A stretch of 8,987 bases of DNA, taken from NCBI GenBank assembly GCA_016748015.1, contig JAAOMT010000631.1, positions 36,017 to 45,003 on the forward strand, written 5' to 3'. Both the position numbers and the translations under genes were made by a program. Numbering within the stretch: the stretch's first letter is position 1; each line of letters begins with the position of its first letter. Under the pieces are notes generated by a model. That model had not been told where the DNA came from and searched no databases. It saw only the letters and a program-made list of their open reading frames with translations. Source of the stretch: Geosiphon pyriformis uo1 (lineage: Eukaryota > Fungi > Glomeromycota). Of the stretch, positions 1 through 8,561 are shown piece by piece.

Positions 1-640
1 TTTAAAATTGCTATTGGTATTTGTAATAATAGTCTAAATATTGTATTATTCATAATTAGTGGAAATTTTTTTTGAATGTAGTTATTGATTTTTAAATAGA
101 TTTCTGCAAAAGTATTCACGAAAATATATGATTGATAATAACAATTATTTTGTTTAAGCTTTTTACAAAAATCTGCTTTTATGAATTCTAAGTTTACTTT
201 TTTTTTAAACTGTATCTTATTATTTCATTTATGTAGAAATTAAATACAATTTTACTGAAAAATAATTAATGATTAATCCCAAATTTTTTTAAAATAATTT
301 TGCAAATTCCAAGTAGTTGATTTCTGTAAATTCTGATTTGTTACTTTTATTAAATGATTGCTAATAATGCTTTGTTTTTTATGAATAAGATCTTATAGTA
401 AGCACCAAATATTATGGATAATTATATGATTTAATAGTTTGTATATTAATGCTGTAAATTAATAATGTAATATAAAAATTTTTTAAAATTTAAAATTTTT
501 TAAAATGGAGCTTTTTGCATAATAAACAGAAATTTAAATTGTAATAATTGGTAATACTCTGTGTTTTACTTTTTGGTATGATAACTAGATTATTTTGGTG
601 TTTTTTAATTTTTTAGTAAGCAATTCAATTATTAATAAGT
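1..640 (-). mobile_element. Heavily eroded coding relic, probably the N-terminal/gag-side region of a retroelement
   Basis: Minus-strand patches INYLEFAKLF*KNLGL / VFNFYINEIIRYSLKK / VNLEFIKADFCKKLKQN...FAEIYLKINNYIQKKFPL resemble a repeat-derived peptide I recall from Geosiphon. They contain many stops and frameshifts. Confidence 0.35.
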
Positions 641-1205
641 TACACTCGGCGGAAAAAAGTCATGAGATACTTTACATTTTTATTATTTTGTGTTCTATGA
701 ATGATCAAAATATCTATAAAAATTTATTTATAACTATATTAGCTATCTATAAATAGTAAAAAATGTATTAAAATAACAATTATTAATCAAAACAAAGACA
801 TAATTAACAATATTTATTTCGCGTTTTTTTATCAGCATAAAATTTTTCGGATTTTTTTTGATAAACATGAATATTCAAAAATCAAAAGTTCAAGGGAAAG
901 AATTAAATAATTTTGAGCGTACTAAAATTATTATTCTTTCAGAAGAAGAAAAATCTGTATGTAAAATATCAGACAACTTAATTATCCTAAATCAACTATT
1001 CAAAATATACTTTCTCATTATAAAAAAACCAATACTATTGAATTCACACCCAGAAGTGATAGGCCTTCTTTTTTTAATAAAAAAAACTACAAAATATTAC
1101 AAAAAACAATTAAGAAGAATCCAAAAAGTACTCTCAAAGAAATTCAAGAAGATTTCAATAACAAAAATTTTAAAGTTTCAACAAAAACTATCAGTAAATA
1201 GTGTA
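641..1205 (+). mobile_element. Degenerate, truncated Tc1/mariner DNA transposon (left TIR plus N-terminal paired-HTH of the transposase)
   Basis: TA|CACTCGGCGGAAAAAAGT at 641-660 is a Tc1-type terminus following a TA target. Region 890-1198, read across two frameshifts, gives GKELNNFERTKIIILSEEEKSVCKISDN/LNYPKSTIQNILSHYKKTNTIEFTPRSDRPSF/NYKILQKTIKKNPKSTLKEIQEDFNNKNFKVSTKTISK, which is HTH, an SGRP-like linker and a second HTH. There is no DDE domain. Confidence 0.8.
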
Positions 1206-2002
1206 GTTTTCTCTATATTGAAAATTTTACATAACTTTTAATTAACAAAAAGTGTCATTACATGTACTCACTTATCTTTAATATGCTTAACATTGGCTAA
1301 TAATACATCATCATAAAAGTAAAGTAAATGCAATCTAATATGATATTATAAGTGGTTTTTTTTCTAGTGATCATACTATGATTAATTTTTATGGCTTTTT
1401 AAATCAAGCAATAACATAAGAAATTATTTAATTTTGACATAAGAATAAGTATATTAGTCTTAATTAGCATCATTTTTAATTTATATTGAATCATAAACTA
1501 TTTTGATAAATTAATGTATACGTATTGAAAATCACATGACAGTAATTAACGTAAATAAAATGATCATTAGCTTTGGGATGTATTTTTTTTTCACAACACG
1601 CTTTCCACATACACCTACCTATTATTTAACAATGTCGTCCTCAAAGAAATATTTTGGTAGCTTGAGAATGCTAGCTGTCTTTTTTCTGTGAAAATTAGTC
1701 ACTATCTTATCTTGTTCATTCACATTTTTGATCAGATTATTTTGCGGAGAAGAACCCGGAAGAATAGAGTGAAATTAACTTTTTGTCATGGCTAAAAGAA
1801 AAAGAAGATATTTTTGCTGACAATGTGTTGCTAATTCATGAGAGATGGTTTAGATGGCACCAGTGCTTTTATACAACCCTAGAGGCCATCATTTCTCAAT
1901 ATAAGAGTGACAACAACAATGCCCCCGAGTCTTTAAGATGACTAAATATGGCAATCAAACTTAATAAGAGGAGGGTGAGTAAGAGCTACACCCGACCATA
2001 AA

Positions 2003-2057
2003 GTTATGGCAGGACAGTCTCTTTTGCCCATACTGTTATGGCAGGCAGTCTCTTTTG
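2003..2057. repeat. Short direct duplication in intron 2
   Basis: GTTATGGCAGGACAGTCTCTTTTG (2003-2026) and GTTATGGCAGG-CAGTCTCTTTTG (2035-2057) differ by a single 1-bp indel. Confidence 0.9.
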
Positions 2058-2394
2058 TTCGTGGGCTAATCGAAATAGGGCCAATCCATCAAGAAGCGGC
2101 TGTCTTGGCCATTTGGATAAGTTGTGACCAACCTCTATTATTGATGTAAAACTGACCATTTTTTACCTTTTAAATCTGAAGGGTAATATCCCAGAACAAG
2201 TTACCAAATGGTGGCAGAAACAACAACAAACTCTTAAAGACCAGGAGATGTTGAAAATCACTACCCGGACAAATCCTGAGGTTGGCAATTCGTATTCTGG
2301 TAAAAAATCTCCAACATTGACGGCCATTGAACATCAATTGACGAGGAGGACAGCAACAGCTGTGGTAAATATTAGTGAAGAAGAAAAGGAAAAT

Positions 2395-2450
<56 letters not shown>

Positions 2451-2463
2451 AGAAGAGGAAGAA
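2395..2463 (+). repeat. (GAA/GAG)23 coding microsatellite (poly-Glu) in exon 3
   Basis: 23 consecutive Glu codons lie within a longer E/K-rich tract and are followed by the basic motif NKKKRS. Confidence 0.95.
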
Positions 2464-4564
2464 AAAGAAGAAAAGGAAGAGAAAGTCGGTAACAAAAAAA
2501 AACGCTCGGTCACTATGATAGATGATAGGGAAGATATAATTGCTGTGCCAATATCAGCATCATCATTAAGTATAGAATCTGTCCTTGAGAAATATTGTGC
2601 AAAGCAAACAACATCCAAATTCGAGTGAGTAAAATAGAAGCAATATTATGGGATGTCTCGTGAATATTAGTCTGATCTCCACTTTTTTTGTTTTCCTATT
2701 TCTCACTCAGTCCAACTCGCAGCTACATCCTAGATTTGACTCCCACATCTAAAATTATTAAGGAATTCACTTCTTATCAATGGGCTAGGATTTTAACCAA
2801 CAGATGCACAGGGACATCGAGATACTTTCATGAGATTGAACAAATCATCAATAAGCTCTTTGAGCCCATCAGCATTCAGGTGAGAACAAATATTATCCAA
2901 TGTTTCCAGTTTACATTACTAATTCTAAATTTTACAAATTAAGAGAGCAACATTAACCTTAACGTTGGCTTGACGAAGGTGGAAAGAATTGTATAATCTT
3001 CCTGCTCCCCCGCACGACGATGAATTCTCCTATAGTGAGGATCAATAGGAAAAGATTTTATGGTGGGCTGGACGTGCCATCGGCCAATTGTAAGCTATTT
3101 TTTTATATAAACAATTATGTGTTGATAACTCACAAATACGAAAAAAGAAGATTGATTATAATCAACAGAATAAAAGACTCAATTTCGAATCCTTAATCCA
3201 GCAAATCCAAGAATTTAATCACAATCAACTCTGAATTAATTAGTTGCTAACTGAAATTCATAAAAATAAGTTCGCTTATCATTCTTTTGGAACTACTTTT
3301 CTCCTACTTCATAGCCTTGATGCGTTCGAAGCAGTCAAAAACCCGCTAGAATTCCAGTGTGATGAAACAGAGTGGATGGGCGATTATATTGTCCCATTGT
3401 TGCAAGACGCTTTGAAACTTGATGGATTTTGCCGCATTTGATGGTAAGTTGCTTTAAATTATATACGTGATTTCCAAAAAAAAAAAACTTTCTTTATAGT
3501 TGGTTGTGTTTCAGGGAAGAAATTTTGGTTCACGCGACACAGATTCATCGCAATTACGACAAAGATGTATTAACAGCAACCGTAGCACATGCCCACCTGG
3601 CCGACTTACTGTGTATGTACGAAAATCACGAATTGCTGTGCTTGCTGGCCTGTGGCGGGCCGTACAATTCCGACATCACGAAACTTGCGGCTAATGAATT
3701 CCAACTGCAGTGAATGATGAAAGATATGTTGAACGCGTTACATCACAAGTTCCATATTGCTCAAGTTGACACTGTTGACCTTTATGTTATAGGAATTCAG
3801 ATATAATCAATAAATTTTTACACGAGATTTGATTTGAACTTTGATATAGAAATGATCATGCATTTTGATTTTCTCTTAGACATATTTGGCTAATGTCAGG
3901 ATTTACGTGATGGAAAGGCAGGATGTGTACTATTTCCGCCTCCTCAGGACATTTTCTCTTCCCTTGACTTTCACGTCTTTTCGCAACTTGAGGGTAGCGC
4001 TTCAATTAGCTTGGGATTTGCGGGTAAATAATATTTTTGCTGAGAACTTTAAATACTTGATTTATTAACGGTTAATTTTTCAGGAGTTGATAAACAATTT
4101 GACATATAAGATAGACTGACTTTGCGAAACTGCTGAAACGCCTCCCCCAAATCTTTTCAAGGCAGAAAAGACAATTGACACTCCACACAAGGCAAAAAAA
4201 TCCAGAACGCCTAAGGAGGGTAATTGACGCCATAAAAGTAATGGCAATGGTGTTACTACTGTATCATCTTCGTTGATTTTATGTGTATAAATATTCAATA
4301 TTAAACTTTAATATCTGTATATTTATTATTAAAATTTAATTACAATTATTTTTTAGATAATTAGAAAATTAAACCAGTTTTATGTTTTTAAAAACTTGAA
4401 ACTTTTTATTACTGTTTTAAAATCTGGTTTTTTAATAAATAAAGCTTAAAGTTTTTTGTTAAATATTTAATTCAAATTGGATTTTTGAATATACAAATTA
4501 ATTTATTAAATAATTTGTTAATAATAAAATTTGTTTTTAAAAATTTAGATTCATGATGTAATAT

Positions 4565-4850
4565 AATGAAAAAAAGTTAACTAAAGAACTTGTTTCTGAT
4601 TTTGTTAGTAATAGTTTAACTCAAAAACTTAAAATTTCTGTTGGCAACATAAAACATTTAGATAATAAAGCAGATTTGAATTTCAAAATACCTATAAGTA
4701 ATAATGAACAGTTCTAAAATATTAAGAAGTTTTTCAATAGTAGATAATGATAATAAGGTAAATAGTAAAAGTAAAACATTTTTTAACTCTTAATTAATAC
4801 TTCCAAAGCTAAAAGAATCAATACTAATAAAATAAAGACATATTAGCTAA
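4565..4850 (+). mobile_element. Eroded 5' fragment of a LINE ORF1-like gene
   Basis: KKLTKELVSDFVSNSLTQKLKISVGNIKHLDNKADLNFK...LINTSKAKRINT matches, after reversing transitions, the recalled SQK-KVSLGNVKHSGDE...NTPKAK N-terminus of a Glomeromycota non-LTR ORF1. Boundaries are approximate. Confidence 0.45.
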
Positions 4851-5249
4851 ATTTAATAATTATTACTAATTTTTATATACTAATTAAAAATTACAAACAT
4901 ATTTAGATTTTAATTTATAATAAGTTAAAAAACACAATTAAAATTTTTATTAATTATTATCATTAAACACTTAAGCCTAAATATTCAAATATATTAGATA
5001 CTACAATTCATTTTAAACTTTGTTTAATTGTGTTTTTACTGTAATTTTATTTTACAAACTCGAAGGAATTTAATAAAATACTATTTATTAATATCAAAAA
5101 ATTTTAAAAATTTAATTTAGAAAATTAGAATTTATTTTAAAAAATACAATTAAAAAAATTAGTAATTATACATTTGTTAATAAAAACAAAAAAAATATTA
5201 GCTAACTATAAAATAATTTAAAAAAAGTATAATATATATTAAACAATAT

Positions 5250-5690
5250 AATAATTTAATTATTAATAAGTTTATAATTATTATTAATACAAAAAAATAG
5301 AAAACTTTGTTTTTGTATTAATTATAAAAAATTTAATAATACTATATATATAAACAAAAAATTAATAATTATTTATTTAGATAATATTAATCTATTTTCT
5401 AATATATTAAACAAACACATATTTAAATAATTTAGAAATACTAAATTAAAACTTTATATAAACAAAGTTTTTTTTAAAAAACAAAATTCAAGTTTTTAAA
5501 ACATATTATTAAAAAAAATAGATTAAATCAAATTCAAAAAAATATAAAAGTAAAAAAATTTTAACATTAACTAATTTCTAAAAATGATAAAAATTTTTAA
5601 ACTTGTTATATATTATTTATAATTTGTTAAAATATTTTTAAATATTATCTAAATATTATATTAATTATTAATTAAAAATATAAACAAATA
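5250..5690 (+). mobile_element. Extremely eroded Ty3/Gypsy reverse transcriptase relic with internal deletion
   Basis: The frame from 5281 reads QKNRKLCFCINYKKFNNT (= KNGKLRFCVDYRKLN), then IIIYLDNINLFS (YLDD at 5374-5385) and FRNTKLKLYINK. Later patches in other frames read LKHII (= LGHII) and KLVIYYL*FVKIFLNII*ILY*LL (= GLVSYYRRFV..FS.IA.PLY.LL). Confidence 0.8.
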
Positions 5691-5799
5691 AACAATAAAA
5701 AAACTTCTTTCTTTTCTATATTCAAAATTTACCAAAAAAGTTAATTCTTTGAAAAAAAGTTTTTAATCATTTAGTACAATAAATTCAAATTATTTTTGC

Positions 5800-6485
5800 T
5801 CAACTATAAAACTACTATTGGCTTTAATATTACTGTTATAAAAAAGTCTATTAGAAATTTTGGCTTTAATATTATTAATAAACTTATTCTACCAAGAAAA
5901 AAAAAAGAAGTGATGTTTTGAAAGATAATATTAATGTTGAAAAAATTTCTACTAAAAAATTGAGTAACTGCTCTTGGAACTTAGATACTAATAATACAAT
6001 AGAATCTAATAATATTAAAATGAAAAAAAATGTTTAATAGAAAAAACCAGTTTTAACTATTGTAAAAAAAATGCTTTTGAAGAAAAAAATTTTAATTAAA
6101 CACAAAAAGATTTGCAAGTAAAGACCAAGAAAGCTTTAGAAAAGTCATTAGGAAAAATCAATTTCTTGAATAATAATAATAATAATGTATTATTAAATGC
6201 TTTACTAGCTCTTTCTTTTTCTTTAAAGAATCTAGTAAGTGTTTCTGTTAAAAAATCATTCACTCTGAATATTGGCTTTAATAAAATAATTAGAAAGTCT
6301 TCTTAAGAAAAGCTTATAATAGTTAGGAAGCTGTTTTCAAAAATCAATAATTTTGGGAGTGTTTTAACTCTTTCAAAGTTTGTTGAAATTATCAAAATAA
6401 TATTTACATCCAAATCAAGCTTGGTACAGACTTCTGAAAAGACTAGAAGTACAAAGATCTTAATAAACACCAATCTTAAAAAATC
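5800..6485 (+). mobile_element. Eroded LINE (non-LTR) ORF1 5' fragment, copy A
   Basis: ...VIKKSIRNFG...LILPRKK/...SWNLDTNNTIESNNIKMKK/CLIEKTSFNY...VKTKKALEKSLGKINFL...VSVKKSFTLNIGFNKIIRKSS*EKLIIVRKLFSKINNFGSVLTLSKFVEIIKIIFTSKSSL...NTNLKKS matches the recalled RRM-type ORF1 family (KSFALDI...KLFS.INGFGGASTPSKF.GII...FTSE.SL). It includes ORF-track entry 6112-6306. Confidence 0.7.
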
Positions 6486-6486
6486 C

Positions 6487-6774
6487 AATAAAGTTTTTTT
6501 ATATAGAACTAAGACTCAAAAACAATAGTATAAGAAATTTGAACATAAATAAAACAGACTATTTTATATTCACGAAATCTTAGACAATAGATTATACAAA
6601 TTAATACTTAATGACAAAGTTCTAGCCAAAATTGCACATAGAGATTGATTAAAACACTATCATTTCAGAAATAATCCTAAACTATTAATTCCACAAATTG
6701 ATATATATTTTCTCTTAATTAATCTTGAAGAAATTTCTCAAAATTTAAACTCAATAATTATAATAGAACAGTAA
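6487..6774 (+). mobile_element. Ty3/Gypsy integrase C-terminal (GPY/F, SH3-like) relic
   Basis: A single frame reads NKVFLYRTKTQKQ*YKKFEHK*NRLFYIHEILDNRLYKLILNDKVLAKIAHRD*LKHYH...IIIIEQ*, equivalent to DKVLLY...QWSGKFE.KW.GPFYIHE.L.NGSYKL......HGDRLK.YH, largely via transitions. Confidence 0.85.
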
Positions 6775-6891
6775 CCAAACTTAAATATTTAATTTAATAT
6801 TATTATAAATTTTAATAATACACAAATATAAAAACAAAAATAGTAAATAATCACAAAAAAAACCCAAAAACTAAAAATATATAAAAATTTT

Positions 6892-7578
6892 ATGCCCAAA
6901 AATATTTCTTTGCTTTTTTAAATCTTTTTCAGATCTTTTTCGAATTTTATTTTCAAATTTACTTACTTTTATCATAATTATTTCTCGAAATATTTAACAA
7001 ATATTTCAAAAGTTAATATTAGCTTTGAAAATATTCTCTGACCTCTCTATAATGATCAATAAAAATCAAATTAATTACATTTAAAAACTACAACACCAGT
7101 AGTAAATAATTTTCAAAACTATTACTCTTATAGAAAAAACACAAGAAGTTATTCTGGAATTCAATTACAAGAACTTTTAAAGCAAGCTTTAAAAAAAAAT
7201 CTTTTATTTGCTCTAATTGACATTTCACCAAATGCCACAATTCAACAAAAGCTTCAACTGTGTTTTAATAAACAAAGTAATAAATATACCCCTATTTTTA
7301 GATATATTTATATTGAAAAAACACTTAATGAACGAAAACTAGAACTTAAAACAACCAATTTTACTCCTAAAGCTATACAAAAACAAATTCATAACAAATT
7401 CAAAACAGCAGCTGAACTAACAAACACTCATTACAAACTTAGAGCAGTTTTTAGACTCTATAACCTATTAAATTTATTAGCAAACTCACAAAACTAAAAT
7501 TTCAATAATTTTTAGAACAAATTATTTCAATTATTTTGAACTACTATTTTAATATTACAGATAGTACTTGAACTTTAA
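6892..7578 (+). pseudogene. Extra ORF of unknown function between Gypsy pol and the PPT
   Basis: ATG at 6892 starts a single frame with scattered TAA/TGA/TAG stops compatible with transitions. It contains a 140-codon stop-free stretch at 7075-7497 (…SGIQLQELLKQALKKN…IFRYIYIEKTLNERKLEL…IHNKFKTAAELTNTHYKLRAVFRLYNLL), absent from the ORF track because it has no start codon. Confidence 0.6.
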
Positions 7579-7592
7579 CAGAGCTCAGTTTT

Positions 7593-7620
7593 GAGAAGAA
7601 AATTATATTACCAGTAGAAT
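7593..7620 (+). other. Probable eroded polypurine tract and start of the 3' LTR
   Basis: GAGAAGAAAA (7593-7602) is followed by TTA and then TATTA (7606), which would be TGTTA after G>A. It lies downstream of the integrase and extra ORF. The LTR end is not definable. Confidence 0.45.
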
Positions 7621-7795
7621 TTTAGTCATTAAATTAGCATAAAGTTATCTTTATAATTTCTATCATTAATTAATATATATATTAATATTATTTTAATTAA
7701 ATTATTAAATATCACTATTTAATTAATAACCCAATTTGTACAATAAAAATTAGGATAATTAAATTACACAATACTTTGAACTCTATAATATCGAG

Positions 7796-7890
7796 AATTT
7801 GCCAAAATTTGTAAAAATTTGTGAAATATCTTAATAATTTACCAAAATTAGTTATAATTTATAGAAACAACTTATAGTTTGTCAAAATGT
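7796..7890. repeat. Degenerate 10-bp-period tandem repeat
   Basis: AATTTGCCAA AATTTGTAAA AATTTGTGAA ... AATTTACCAA AATTAGTTAT AATTTATAGA. Confidence 0.55.
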
Positions 7891-8561
7891 ATTTTTAAGT
7901 TATCAAAATAATAGCAAAAGAAAAAAGAAAAAAGAAAAAAGTTCAAGTTCATAGACTAGTATTACAACAAGTTGTATAAAAGAAAAGCTTCTCTTTTCAA
8001 GGAAATATATCTTATCAAAAATATCTTAATTTAGATTTATTTTCATTACTATAATTCAAAAATAAAAAAATACTTCGAAAACCAATTTTTGAAATAAATA
8101 TACTTGAAATTCTCTGAAACATAACTAACGTTTTGAAATTGATTAGCTATTAATTTTAGTAAAACCATTAGTGACTTCAGGCCTGGACAGAAAACGATTT
8201 TCTTAATAAAATTCTATTTTTTTTATATTTCTTTTATTTTTTTTCTTTTTATTATAATTATTAGGATAGTTTACAGATTAAATTCTTGTACAAAAGTTGA
8301 CTTTTACAGCAAAGTAACTACATATTTAGTAAGCTTTCAGATAAGCAATTTCTGAAAAAGAGTTGACATTTACTACAACATAACTATATAAAGTAACTGA
8401 TATAGAATTGGCCATTCTATTTATAAGTCCAGCAGTTCAAATTATAGAAGATAATTTGAAGATAAATTCAGTTATTGGAGATTGAACTGCTTCCAGAAAA
8501 TGTGAATTAACAGCAAACAAACATTAAAACCATTCAAGAAAAAAGACCAAAAACTTTTAGT

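Larger units (their letters stand above)
1632..4227 (+). pseudogene. 9-exon pseudogene of a fungal restriction-endonuclease-fold (PD-(D/E)XK / Crinkler CR-REase-like) protein, 574 aa when reconstructed
   Basis: Exons: 1632-1656, 1736-1974, 2182-2624, 2711-2879, 2944-3089, 3315-3443, 3515-3800, 3880-4023, 4084-4227 (1725 nt, all phases compatible). Donors are GTAGCT, GTGAGT, GTGAGT, GTGAGA, GTAAGC, GTAAGT, ATATAA (mutated) and GTAAAT, and all acceptors end in AG. Peptide: MSSSKKYFDYFAEKNPEE*SEINFLSWL...polyE...FDPTRSYILDLT...EFTSYQW...NPLEFQCDETEWMGDYIVPLL...RI*WEEILVHATQIHRN...HLADLLCMYENHELLCLLACGGP...TKLAANEFQLQ*MMKDML...LYVIGIQTYLANVRIYVME...YYFRLLRTFSLPLT...TPHKAKKSR. Internal stops start at 1765, 1939, 2971, 3046, 3439, 3711 and 4117. 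The gene structure is read from the sequence; the family assignment is from recalled motif order. Confidence 0.85.

Noticed and set aside
858-1241. 127-aa ORF as an intact gene
   Set aside because: Only the first part is in the transposase frame. The rest is out-of-frame read-through of a frameshifted Tc1 relic.
2334-2618. Minus-strand poly-Ser ORF
   Set aside because: It is the antisense shadow of the GAA poly-Glu exon.
3152-3165. 14-bp perfect palindrome TTGATTATAATCAA in the long intron 5
   Set aside because: It is AT-rich and isolated, so plausible by chance. No additional exon is needed to keep the frame.
3500-3694. 64-aa alternative-frame ORF
   Set aside because: It overlaps exon 7 in a different frame and has no independent support.
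1765-4119. Stops rescued by A-to-I editing or by a variant genetic code, making the gene functional
   Set aside because: Editing could fix TAG>TGG, but TGA would also become Trp where Arg fits the expected motif (e.g. L.RMMKDML). Other transition damage appears present (WGE>WEE), and the flanking TEs show the same bias. Pseudogenisation is more parsimonious; RNA-seq would settle it.
4080-4298. 72-aa minus-strand ORF
   Set aside because: It is antisense to the last exon of the pseudogene.
6303-6488. 61-aa minus-strand ORF
   Set aside because: It is antisense to the LINE ORF1 relic.
8178-8200. CAGGCCTGGACAG as a possible hAT-like terminus
   Set aside because: No matching second end or TSD was found in the window.
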